A stretch of DNA of 64,000 bases from Patescibacteria group bacterium (lineage in GTDB: Bacteria > Patescibacteriota > Minisyncoccia > Phycocordibacterales > UBA9973). The position numbers and the translations under genes are program-made. The notes under the pieces are model-generated. The model was not told the origin of the DNA. It did not search any database and saw only the letters and a list, made by a program, of their open reading frames with translations. Below, piece after piece: positions 18,440 to 26,916 of the stretch (the first letter of the stretch is position 1; each line of letters starts with the position of its first letter). The stretch is from assembly GCA_040388575.1 (NCBI GenBank), contig JAZKBO010000004.1:5400-69399 (forward strand), in the 5' to 3' direction.

Positions 18440-18844
18440 TTAAAGTGGGAGGACAGAGGTACAAAAGGCGCAGCGTTTAGCTGCAATGTTTATTTCACTT
18501 AAGCATTCCGGACACTTTTTAGTTGTCGGGTCAGCTGGGGGCTGTTTGCGCGAGCGAGAGATGAGTAGATTCATGGGCTTAATTATGAAAAAGAAAATGG
18601 AAGCCGCTACGAGAATAAAGGAGATTATTGCATTAATAAAATGCCCGTACATAAATGTGCTGCCGTGAATGGTAAAAGTAAGTCCGCTCATGTCAGGAAC
18701 TTTAATGATGGCGGAAATAAGCGGTGAAATAATATCAGCTACCAATGCGGTAACAATGGTGCCGAAAGCCCCACCAATAACTACACCCACAGCCAAATCC
18801 ACCACATTTCCCCTAAGTAAAAATTGTTTGAATTCTTTTAACAT
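18440..18844 (-). CDS. mscL: large-conductance mechanosensitive channel MscL with C-terminal CxxC...CxxC extension
   Basis: FKQFLLRGNVVDLAVGVVIGGAFG... is the MscL N-terminus/TM1. The C-terminal tail is KKCPECLSEINIAAKRCAFCTSV. Confidence 0.8.
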   Translation of the reverse strand: MLKEFKQFLLRGNVVDLAVGVVIGGAFGTIVTALVADIISPLISAIIKVPDMSGLTFTIHGSTFMYGHFINAIISFILVAASIFFFIIKPMNLLISRSRKQPPADPTTKKCPECLSEINIAAKRCAFCTSVLPL

Positions 18845-18847
18845 ATG

Positions 18848-18920
18848 TGGACCCTAGGAGACTCGAACTCCTTACCTCCTCTTTGCAAAAGAGGCGCTCT
18901 ACCAGATGAGCTAAGGGCCC
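18848..18920 (-). tRNA. tRNA-Ala (UGC)
   Basis: Cloverleaf GGGCCCTTAGCTCATCTGGTAGAGCGCCTCTTTTGCAAAGAGGAGGTAAGGAGTTCGAGTCTCCTAGGGTCCA. G3:U70 pair. Anticodon loop TTTGCAA. CCA is not encoded. Confidence 0.85.
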
Positions 18921-18943
18921 AGATTATTTTCATCCTCTGGGGG

Positions 18944-19015
18944 CTCCGGGGGTAGGGATCGAACCTACGACCAATCGCTTAACAGGCGACCGCTCTACCG
19001 CTGAGCTACCCCGGA
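18944..19015 (-). tRNA. tRNA-Asn (GUU)
   Basis: TCCGGGGTAGCTCAGCGGTAGAGCGGTCGCCTGTTAAGCGATTGGTCGTAGGTTCGATCCCTACCCCCGGAG. Anticodon loop CTGTTAA, discriminator G. Confidence 0.85.
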
Positions 19016-19107
19016 ATGGGTTTATCTCTAAAGAACCTTATCATATTAACAGAAATCTAATAAAAAACAACGCTAATTTGGATTAAAGAAATAAATTTTT
19101 TGAGTCG

Positions 19108-19136
19108 TTGACAAAGCCCTTGGAGGCGCCTATTCT
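19108..19136 (+). promoter_or_regulatory. sigma70-like promoter TTGACA-N17-TATTCT for the first G+C-rich cassette gene
   Basis: TTGACAaagcccttggaggcgccTATTCT, followed about 30 nt later by SD AAGGGAG and ATGATG at 19176. Confidence 0.45.
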
Positions 19137-19175
19137 GAATAAGAACTATCAATTGTAGACAGAAGGGAGAACTGT

Positions 19176-19730
19176 ATGATGCTCTTTGCTGCATTTGCCT
19201 TGACCGCCGTTATGAACAGCGGCTCCGGGTGTAAACCGGCAGACCTACCGAAGGAATTGACGCGGGCGGCTTGGGAGCCGTACCTCAACGCCACATTCCA
19301 TCAGTGCTTCGACCAGCTTGGTACAGACGTGGCCAAGTTCGGGGTGGTAGTGCGGAAACAGTCCAACGTGGCAACACTGGACTGTTCGGACCTGAAGCTC
19401 GGGTGTGTCGTCATTGTGAGCGATGACATACTCACCGCGGGGCTCGACCCAGGCGCAGTCGCATTCGTGCTGGGTCACGAAGCCGCACACATTCGGCTGC
19501 GCCATCCAGACTTCGCGATGATGGGTGGTATTGAGGTCGAATTCGCAGCTGATAGTTTGGCTGCAGAATCTATCGCTCAAGGCGCCTGCTACGGCGCCCG
19601 TGCCACGGATTGGGTAATGTCCCGTTACGTGAAGACAATAGGGGCTGAAGACAAAACCACAGAAGCAATGTGGTATCGGCGAATCGCCCTCCTCGGCCAG
19701 TGCGGACTTGGTGCCACTCGTTCTCGCTGA
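19176..19730 (+). CDS. putative lipoprotein zinc metallopeptidase (HExxH), G+C-rich
   Basis: Signal/lipobox ...AVMNSGSGC and the LGHEAAHIRLRH HExxH motif. The G+C content is much higher than in neighbouring genes. Confidence 0.5.
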   Translation: MMLFAAFALTAVMNSGSGCKPADLPKELTRAAWEPYLNATFHQCFDQLGTDVAKFGVVVRKQSNVATLDCSDLKLGCVVIVSDDILTAGLDPGAVAFVLGHEAAHIRLRHPDFAMMGGIEVEFAADSLAAESIAQGACYGARATDWVMSRYVKTIGAEDKTTEAMWYRRIALLGQCGLGATRSR

Positions 19731-19906
19731 AGAGTAGAAACAAACGGAACATCATCGCCTCGATCAAAAGAAGTCGCTTCGACTTCCGGTCGGGGCGATA
19801 TTCTTTTTATATAAGAAATTTCTGTATAGAAATTATGGAATTTTATCTCAAGTTCGAAGCCAGATTAGTTTTTGTAAATATTATATAGATTTGATATGAT
19901 TCATAT

Positions 19907-20185
19907 ATGAACAACGAAAGATTTAACTCATTGCGATCGCAACATATTAATACGCCAGAAAACATGACTGATGCTTTTAAAGCGTTGGAAGCAATAGTGA
20001 AGATAAAGAGTAGAGACAAATTTTACAATATTACTATTCCGGAATTAGATAGAATAGTAAAAGACAACCCCGATAAATTTCCTGGCGTCGCAGATGGTAC
20101 TGCGCTACTAAAAAAGCTTGCTCCCAATATCCGGGAGTTAAGAGCGAAGTTAAAATTACCCGAGAATATTGCCCGAGGATATTAA
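19907..20185 (+). CDS. hypothetical protein (AT-rich ORF between the two G+C-rich genes)
   Basis: 92-aa ORF MNNERFNSLRSQHINTPENMTDAFKALEAIVKIK... with no recognisable motifs. Confidence 0.35.
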   Translation: MNNERFNSLRSQHINTPENMTDAFKALEAIVKIKSRDKFYNITIPELDRIVKDNPDKFPGVADGTALLKKLAPNIRELRAKLKLPENIARGY

Positions 20186-20291
20186 AAAAACTTTACAATC
20201 AAGGCATTTTGGCTGGGAACTATTGACATTGACTTAATTTAATTACGTAGTAGGATAAACTCGAATTTCAGGTTCCTTTCAAGGAGGCTTT

Positions 20292-21092
20292 GTGACCACA
20301 CTCAAGTACGTGCTTCTCTCCATGGTGCTGGTGGCGATGGTGCCGAACATTTCAGCGGCTCAGCTCACACACAAAGACAAGGTCGTACCTCAGCCCGCAG
20401 ACGCCTGCCAAGAAGTAATCAGCTTGGCGTGTCAGGTCGAGTACGACGCGTGGTTCGCGGGAGATATGGAATGGCGCATGATATACATTCCCAACTCTCC
20501 GAACGAGAAGCTCATCCGCCGCGAAAAACTCAGATGGCTCAATTCACCGGTGCCGGTGAGGCGACCGTCCATTCCACTGTGGCTCGGGCCGCGTTGTTTA
20601 CCCGAGATGAGTTATCAGATCAAGTCGCCGATGTGTCAGGCATATGACGAGGCACTGAGATACGACTTCGTCGAGCACCTCGACAACACTTGGTCGAGCA
20701 AAACCTACACCACCCGCGTGCCGCTCAAAATTGGCGAGGGTAATGGGTTCATCGAGTACCTCTTCAGCCATCTTCACGTTGATGGAGTGCTATGGGATGG
20801 TTCCATTCAATTTGCCTTCGCTGGGACTCACTTGGAACTAGCCAAGGCCGGCCGTTACGGGATCTGGGGTGTGCCCGGGGTCATTTTCTTTCGGGAATGG
20901 AACGGGACCATAGTCATGAAAATGACTGAAGGTGCCGATGTGCACATTCGAAGCATACCCATCGGCCGATATTCGTTGCCGACATACTTCACAGTCGCGG
21001 CCCTCCTCGATGCCAACGAGGCTAAGGCTCGAAAACACGGAGTTGAGACCGGGACGGTGATAGTGGGCCTATCGTTCACTCTTTTGAAATAA
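20292..21092 (+). CDS. secreted hypothetical protein, G+C-rich (GTG start)
   Basis: SD AGGAGG lies 5 nt before GTG. Signal peptide MTTLKYVLLSMVLVAMVPNISAAQ. Several Cys residues. A TTGACT -35 box sits about 65 nt upstream. Confidence 0.5.
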   Translation: MTTLKYVLLSMVLVAMVPNISAAQLTHKDKVVPQPADACQEVISLACQVEYDAWFAGDMEWRMIYIPNSPNEKLIRREKLRWLNSPVPVRRPSIPLWLGPRCLPEMSYQIKSPMCQAYDEALRYDFVEHLDNTWSSKTYTTRVPLKIGEGNGFIEYLFSHLHVDGVLWDGSIQFAFAGTHLELAKAGRYGIWGVPGVIFFREWNGTIVMKMTEGADVHIRSIPIGRYSLPTYFTVAALLDANEAKARKHGVETGTVIVGLSFTLLK

Positions 21093-21108
21093 GAACAATG
21101 AAAAAAAA

Positions 21109-21148
21109 CCCGCGACGGAGCTTGCTCCTCGCGGGTTTCGTCGTTTTT
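21109..21148 (+). terminator. rho-independent terminator
   Basis: CCCGCGAcggagcttgctccTCGCGGG followed by TTTCGTCGTTTTT. Confidence 0.7.
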
Positions 21149-21441
21149 ATGTTATAATTACTGAGGTCGATTAATTGTTACTAATCTTAATTATTTATTT
21201 TATGTCTCTATCTTTAATGTCTATCGCAGAAATTGTTTTCTTCTTGGTTTTCGGTATCAGTAGTTTCTTTCCTTTTAAATACTCAAGGGAAATAGCCGCA
21301 ATCGCAGCTATCGTTATCGGTATCCTTTTATTGCTTGGTAAGTATTAGTAGCTTCATATAGTAAGTAGTAATTGTATTAAGACAAAGGTTTTTTGTCTTT
21401 TTGTTATATCTTTTTATAAGCGTTTCTAGTAGAATATAATA

Positions 21442-22413
21442 ATGAAGAATATTTTTATAACAAGACAAATTCCTGGTAGTGGCATAAAAATGCTCGAGGA
21501 CAAGGGTTATAGCGTCACTGTGGGTAAATATAAAATTCCACCGACTCAAGAGAAAATAATTGAAGAATTAAAGGGTAAAAATTATGATGCTGTCATTACC
21601 CTCCTGACAGACAAAATAGATACACAAGTATTCGCTGCCTCCCCTACCACTAAAATATTTGCCAACTACGCAATTGGTTACGACAATATTGATTTAGATG
21701 CAGCCGCTGCCGCTAGCATAACCATCACCAATGCTCCGGGTAACTATACTGACGGCATTGCCCAACACGCCATAGCTCTCCTTCTTGCATTAATGGCGCG
21801 CCTAAATGAAGCCGATGCTTTCATGCGCGCTGGTAAATATACCGGCTGGGATCCAATGATTTTTATTGGTGACAAGCTGGAAGGTAAAACTGTAGCCATA
21901 ATCGGTACAGGTAGGATCGGCGGTGATGTAGCTAAGATGCTCCATGGTGGCTTTGGTGTGAAAATAATTTATTACGATGTAACAAAAAATGAAAATATCG
22001 AAAAGGAGTGTGGTGCGGAATTTGTACCTTCTGTAGATGACGCCTTAGCAAAGGCTGATGTTGTCAGTATTCATGTGCCGCTACTGCCCACCACCCAACA
22101 CCTGATCAATAAAGAAAACTTGAAGAAGATGAAGCCAACTGCTTACCTTATTAACACCTCTCGTGGACCGGTAGTAGATGAAGTAGCGCTGGTAGAGGCA
22201 CTAAAGAACGGCACAATACGCGGTGCAGGATTAGATGTGTATGAATTTGAGCCAAAGCTTGCTGAAGGTCTAGCGCAACTCCCCAACACTGTACTAACTC
22301 CTCACATTGCCTCCGCTCAAAATGACTCTCGTGAAGAAATGTCTAAAGTTGTAGCGGAAAACGTTATCGACTTTCTGGAAGGTAAAATTCCTAAAAATAA
22401 AGTAAGTAAATAG
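21442..22413 (+). CDS. D-isomer-specific 2-hydroxyacid dehydrogenase (glyoxylate/hydroxypyruvate reductase-like)
   Basis: NAD-binding GTGRIGGDVAKML. Catalytic region ...HVPLLPTTQHLIN...GAGLDVYEFEP...TPHIAS. Confidence 0.75.
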   Translation: MKNIFITRQIPGSGIKMLEDKGYSVTVGKYKIPPTQEKIIEELKGKNYDAVITLLTDKIDTQVFAASPTTKIFANYAIGYDNIDLDAAAAASITITNAPGNYTDGIAQHAIALLLALMARLNEADAFMRAGKYTGWDPMIFIGDKLEGKTVAIIGTGRIGGDVAKMLHGGFGVKIIYYDVTKNENIEKECGAEFVPSVDDALAKADVVSIHVPLLPTTQHLINKENLKKMKPTAYLINTSRGPVVDEVALVEALKNGTIRGAGLDVYEFEPKLAEGLAQLPNTVLTPHIASAQNDSREEMSKVVAENVIDFLEGKIPKNKVSK

Positions 22414-22424
22414 TAAAAAACAAA

Positions 22425-22446
22425 GGCCCCCTTGCGGGGGCCTTTG
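22425..22446 (+). terminator. stem-loop (GGCCCCCttgcGGGGGCC) with a weak U-tract after the dehydrogenase gene
   Basis: Perfect 7-bp GC stem, followed only by TTTG. Confidence 0.35.
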
Positions 22447-22553
22447 CGGCACATATGAAGTTTCGATAAAGATGAGTTAACCTCACCCTCACAATTAGAG
22501 TATAGCATACTTTTAAAAAAATTGCAAGCAAGGGGAATATATGCAATAATACT

Positions 22554-22848
22554 AGGGTAGGTGTTGGGTAATTACTCCGACCCAGGTCGGAGAGGAAAGT
22601 CCGAACACACAGCCTTTTAATAGGCAAACGTAGCGGGTAACGCCCGCCGGCAGCAATGCTCGAGGTGCGAACAGTGACGAACCGATTTAGTTCGGGTGAA
22701 ACGGCAAAATCCTTACGCGTGTGCAAGATCGTGCCCTAGCGCAAGTTGGGGAGAATCGCTTGAGCCTGTCAGTAATGGCTGGCCTAGATAAATTGTTACC
22801 GTCCACCGCAAGGTGAACCACAGAATTCGGCTTATAAACACCTACAAG
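22554..22848 (+). ncRNA. rnpB: RNase P RNA (bacterial type A, minimised)
   Basis: P1 pairing (GGGTAGGTGTT...AACACCTAC). P4 5' strand GAGAGGAAAGTCCGAAC and 3' strand ACAGAATTCGGCTTATAA, with compensatory CCGAA/TTCGG. GGGTAACGCCCGCC and GGGTGAAACGG elements. An upstream TTGCAA-N17-AATAAT promoter and a downstream terminator are present. Confidence 0.7.
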
Positions 22849-22856
22849 AAAATGAG

Positions 22857-22889
22857 AGCTCCGCCCCAAAGGCGGAGTTTTCTCTTTTT
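22857..22889 (+). terminator. rho-independent terminator after rnpB (also usable by the convergent DUF192 gene)
   Basis: GCTCCGCCccaaaGGCGGAG followed by TTTTCTCTTTTT. Confidence 0.65.
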
Positions 22890-22892
22890 AGC

Positions 22893-23351
22893 CTAATAGC
22901 CGAACAGCACTTCATCCCCTACTTTTATATTATGTGCATCGGTAAATCCAGCATTAACTTCGAGGACGTATTTAGAATTTTCATCGGTACCAAAACTCTC
23001 TAATACTCCCGAGGGTTGTGCATTCTTTTTTATGTAAATTACATGGAGGTCTTCACTAAGCCAGATCATATCGAGTGGAAAATTCATGCCCTTCATCCAG
23101 AAGTAATATTTACCAGGGCGGTTGAAGATAAAAAGCATCCCGGCATCATTGGCGAGGCTGCTCCTGCCACCGAGCCCTAGCTCTTGCTCGGCGCTCGTCT
23201 GTGCTAAATCAACACTTACCTTAACACCGCCGATATTAACCGATTTAATTTCCGGCACGCCAGAGTTTTTTGGGGAATAATTAACTAGAAAAAATATAGT
23301 GACAAAAAAAATAAAAATTAGGGCAATACTCGTTCCAATTTTTTTATTCAT
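22893..23351 (-). CDS. DUF192 (COG1430) domain protein
   Basis: N-terminal TM segment. GMLFIFNRPGKYYFWMKGMNFPLDMIWL matches the DUF192 core. Confidence 0.6.
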   Translation of the reverse strand: MNKKIGTSIALIFIFFVTIFFLVNYSPKNSGVPEIKSVNIGGVKVSVDLAQTSAEQELGLGGRSSLANDAGMLFIFNRPGKYYFWMKGMNFPLDMIWLSEDLHVIYIKKNAQPSGVLESFGTDENSKYVLEVNAGFTDAHNIKVGDEVLFGY

Positions 23352-23353
23352 AA

Positions 23354-24763
23354 CTATTTATGGTCGCCATTAGTCCAGCCGAACATTTTACCAATAGTTT
23401 CCGCGGACTCACGCTTGCGGATAATTTGAATAGTACCATTCTGCGCGCTTATTTTCATGGGCAGTGACAGCAAGCAATGATGTGAGGACAAGCCTTCCTG
23501 GTACGCGCCAGTGTCGAGTACCGCCACAAATTGATCTTGATCTTCATGCAGCTTAGGCAAGAGGACGTAGTTACCGCCGTCGGTGTATTTATCATCAGAG
23601 TCACAAGTACTGCCCGCAAGCCAAGTAGTTTTCAGTGGTGAGTGCATATTATTCGCTGGAATGATATGCCACTTCTGGTGTATCGCCCAAGTGTCTTTCA
23701 AGTCATTCATAAAGCTACCGTCCACCACATACCAAGCCTTGGCATTAGCTGTCGGGATATTCTTTTCCGAAATTACTTTATATAGAGTTACCTGCGCCGG
23801 AGCCGCGATATAACGCCCCCACTCTACTGCTAGGTTCGGGTGCTTAACACCGGCTTTATCAGCTAAATTCTTTAGAACTTTTACTATTTTACTAGACACG
23901 CCTTTAGCAGTGTAGAATTTCTTCCTCTCATATGGAATGCCAAAGCCGCCGCCGATGTCTAGAGTGTCGAGCGATGGGTGAGTTTTTTGTAATTCTACAT
24001 AAATCCCGAAGGCATGCTTAATGGCATCAATAATACTTTTTTGGGTTTTGATTTGGCTACCTACATGGTAGTGCATTATTTTTAGATTCTTCATTTTACT
24101 CAAATCGAGTGCATCTTTTTCTGAAAGCCCGAAGAGGTCGAACTTTTTGTCCCAGTGGGTGTCAGTTTTAACGGTTAAATTCACTCGCAGGCCAATGTCG
24201 CCTTTATGCTTTGAAACTCTTTCTACTTCTTCGAGGGATTCAATAATCGGAACAATGTTCATGCCCTTAGCGCGCAGCTCTTCAATCAAGTCTAGGTATT
24301 GGTCAGTCTTCGGGCCATTACAAAGCACACGAATTTTAGTATGGAATCTCTCACCCTCCCAAAGCTTCTTCACTATCCAGAGCTCATTTGCTGAAGTAAC
24401 TTCAAGATTGGCACCTTCAGAGAGCAGTGGAAGCAGGAATTCTTTATTCTGGTTCACTTTCATTGGATAGTGATAGAAGAATTTGCCCTTATAGCCATAG
24501 ATCTTCATGTATGCTTGAAAATACCCGATCAAGTCCTTGAGCAAGTCTTCAATAATGAATGGAAAGGTTATCTGTAGTGGCGTGCCGTACTTGGCCGCCA
24601 AATCATTTAAATTATAAATATGATGGCCTTCATTAGCTGTAAGCTCGCCATCTTTATTCACGCCGAAAAACTGAGTGTTGAATTCCTCTATTCCTAGTTT
24701 CCAAAATCTCCTCCAGTTCTTTGCAAATTTCTTTTGCTTTTTAGTTTTTCTATTTTTCTTCAC
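23354..24763 (-). CDS. PLP-dependent fold-type III decarboxylase (Orn/Lys/Arg/DAP decarboxylase family; arginine/ornithine decarboxylase-like)
   Basis: PMKVN (PLP-Lys), LDIGGGFGIPY, EWGRYIAAPA and GSTCDSDD motifs. Carries a basic N-terminal extension. Confidence 0.55.
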   Translation of the reverse strand: MKKNRKTKKQKKFAKNWRRFWKLGIEEFNTQFFGVNKDGELTANEGHHIYNLNDLAAKYGTPLQITFPFIIEDLLKDLIGYFQAYMKIYGYKGKFFYHYPMKVNQNKEFLLPLLSEGANLEVTSANELWIVKKLWEGERFHTKIRVLCNGPKTDQYLDLIEELRAKGMNIVPIIESLEEVERVSKHKGDIGLRVNLTVKTDTHWDKKFDLFGLSEKDALDLSKMKNLKIMHYHVGSQIKTQKSIIDAIKHAFGIYVELQKTHPSLDTLDIGGGFGIPYERKKFYTAKGVSSKIVKVLKNLADKAGVKHPNLAVEWGRYIAAPAQVTLYKVISEKNIPTANAKAWYVVDGSFMNDLKDTWAIHQKWHIIPANNMHSPLKTTWLAGSTCDSDDKYTDGGNYVLLPKLHEDQDQFVAVLDTGAYQEGLSSHHCLLSLPMKISAQNGTIQIIRKRESAETIGKMFGWTNGDHK

Positions 24764-24832
24764 CGTAATCAGGTTAAATTAGTATACCCCCAGCCTTTTG
24801 CAATGTAAATACTTTACTCTAGTATTATACAC

Positions 24833-26125
24833 CTAACTTAGATTTTTGTCAAGATTAAGATACTCTTTTAGAAAGGTTTCCTTAAATTCAAAAAAGTTAT
24901 CGTCAAGAATTGATTGTCGGATTTTTTTAACTAGGTTAACTATGAAGTATAGATTGTGGGTCGAGGCCAGTGTGCCTGCGAGCATTTCTTTGCCGTGAAA
25001 TAAATGCGCTATGTAGGCACGAGTATAATTTTTACATGCATAACAGCCGCAATCTTTTTCGATCGGGTTAAAGTCCTCGCGGAATGCTTTGTTCATTATT
25101 ATTATCTTCCCTTCCTTAGTATATATAGTGCCATTCCTGCCTAGGCGTGTTGGTGCCACACAGTCAAATAGGTCCACACCATTCTCCACCCCCTCAAATA
25201 AATCCTCTGGCTCCCCTATCCCGAGCAAGTGCCGCGGCTTGCCCTCCGGTAGAATTTCATTCACCCATTTTACAGCGCTAGACATATCTTCCTTCGCGAA
25301 TGAGCCGCCGATTCCGTAGCCATCAAAATCCAAACCTTTTAAAAACTCCGCTGACTTTTTTCTAAGTCCTTCATCTCGCCCACCTTGCACGATACCGAAG
25401 AGAGCGGAAGAAAATACTTTTTGAGAAGCGACGGGTGGGGGCGTGCCATCGCGAAGCGATGGGGTTAAGGAGCTTTGAGAAAAGGTATTTTCTGCAGCGA
25501 GTAATCTCTGATGTTCTTCTAAGCTTCGTTTGGCCCACAAATGAGTACGCTCCAAAGCTTCATCTTGATATTTCAAGTCCTCTGCTGGTGAAGTGCACTC
25601 ATCAAAAGCAAAAATAATATCCGCGCCTAAGTTATGCTGTATCTGAATAGACTTCTCCGGAGTAATGTAATGGATCGAACCATCCAGGTGCGACTTGAAT
25701 GAAACCCCATCCTGCCCTATCTTGGCCAGCCGTGGTGCTAATGCATCATCAAATCGCTCCGGAATCATGAGCGATGGATCAGTAATTTTTACAATTTTCG
25801 AAATGTCTTTGCCATATGCAGCACCGAGCGAGAATACTTGGAATCCACCCGAATCCGTTATGGTTGGTCCATGCCACCCCATAAACTTACCCATACCTCC
25901 AGCTCTCGCCACCAACTCATCCCCAGGCTGTAAATATAAATGGTAAGTATTCCCCAGCACCACCTCTGCACCCACTTCAGCCACCATATCTGGCGTGAGT
26001 GACTTTACAGTGGCCTTCGTCCCCACTGGCACAAAAGCGGGAGTATGAATAACGCCGTGTGCCGTTTGGATAACCCCCGCTCTTCCGAGCGCTCCTTTTA
26101 ATTTTTTCTCAATCTTAAATTCCAT
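24833..26125 (-). CDS. tgt: queuine tRNA-ribosyltransferase (tRNA-guanine transglycosylase)
   Basis: HTPAFVPVGT... and DCVAPTRLGRNGTIYT boxes. Zn site CGCYACKNYTRAYIAHL. Contains an internal insertion. Confidence 0.8.
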   Translation of the reverse strand: MEFKIEKKLKGALGRAGVIQTAHGVIHTPAFVPVGTKATVKSLTPDMVAEVGAEVVLGNTYHLYLQPGDELVARAGGMGKFMGWHGPTITDSGGFQVFSLGAAYGKDISKIVKITDPSLMIPERFDDALAPRLAKIGQDGVSFKSHLDGSIHYITPEKSIQIQHNLGADIIFAFDECTSPAEDLKYQDEALERTHLWAKRSLEEHQRLLAAENTFSQSSLTPSLRDGTPPPVASQKVFSSALFGIVQGGRDEGLRKKSAEFLKGLDFDGYGIGGSFAKEDMSSAVKWVNEILPEGKPRHLLGIGEPEDLFEGVENGVDLFDCVAPTRLGRNGTIYTKEGKIIIMNKAFREDFNPIEKDCGCYACKNYTRAYIAHLFHGKEMLAGTLASTHNLYFIVNLVKKIRQSILDDNFFEFKETFLKEYLNLDKNLS

Positions 26126-26916
26126 TACCTTTGTACTTCCACAAACTTTAGTTCGAAAATATTTACGGGGCTCACCAGGAGTGCTTTGGTAAAGGCGTCC
26201 CGCGGGTCGGTAATTATTGTACTAACTGTCCCTACTACGTTTGGAGATATTCCGGGCAGAACAACATTGGCACCTTTGTCGATGGAAAAGTCGCGTGGCA
26301 CCACCATTTCAAAATTCCCACCACCCCGACCGACAATCGACATAAATACGCTCCGGCCTTCGATTACAATTTCAGTTTTCTCGCCAGGATTTGAAAATAA
26401 AACTACTTTTGAAGTTGTTGCATCCACCTCACTCACTCGGCCAATAGGCACATTACCTAGGGCTAAAACCAAATTCCCCACGGAGAGGTTTTGATTTTTA
26501 CCTGCATCGATTACTAGCGTGTCATATGGGCTTTGATTAGGTTTAGCTAATATTGCAGCTAGAACTAAATTGGCTTGTTCCTTTTTCCTACCAAGAACAT
26601 CTTTCAATTGATTATTCTCATCAAGTAGCGCGTTATAATTTGCCATCGTAGCATCCTTCTCCCCCAATTCTTGCTTCAAGGTATTATTTTCATTAATGAG
26701 AGAATTTTTAGAAGTGAAAAAGGAAAATATATTTGAAAATTTACTACCAGTATTATTGCCCATAACTATTACTGGGTGGAAAATTGCGTTGGATACATAG
26801 GAAAGCCCACCGAATACACTGCTTCGAAAATAAAAAATAATAACTAAAAATAGGAAGGCTCCCACAGCTACCCATGTTTTTTTGTTTTTTGTTTTTTTAT
26901 CTTGGAGGTAACTCAT
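26125..26916 (-). CDS. mreC: rod shape-determining protein MreC
   Basis: TM anchor, coiled coil (LKQELGEKDATMANYNALLDENNQLKD), beta-domains. Lies immediately downstream of mreB. Confidence 0.7.
   Translation of the reverse strand: MSYLQDKKTKNKKTWVAVGAFLFLVIIFYFRSSVFGGLSYVSNAIFHPVIVMGNNTGSKFSNIFSFFTSKNSLINENNTLKQELGEKDATMANYNALLDENNQLKDVLGRKKEQANLVLAAILAKPNQSPYDTLVIDAGKNQNLSVGNLVLALGNVPIGRVSEVDATTSKVVLFSNPGEKTEIVIEGRSVFMSIVGRGGGNFEMVVPRDFSIDKGANVVLPGISPNVVGTVSTIITDPRDAFTKALLVSPVNIFELKFVEVQR

Noticed and set aside
18848-21148. Cassette A as a classical tRNA-integrated genomic island or prophage remnant.
   Set aside because: There is no integrase, no direct repeat of a tRNA 3' end, and the insert lies at the tRNA 5'/promoter side. 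Kept only as a compositional island.
22575-22592. Near-identical hairpin CTCCGACC(cagg/tggg)TCGGAG in rnpB P1 and in the khpA terminator (46351-46368).
   Set aside because: An 18-nt GC-rich palindrome can recur by chance. With two copies only, it is not treated as a repeat family unless more copies are found genome-wide.
22391-22869. ORFs 22391..22726(-), 22687..22869(-) and 22317..22508(-).
   Set aside because: They overlap the RNase P RNA gene and its promoter/terminator. The region carries the conserved rnpB P4 elements and is non-coding.
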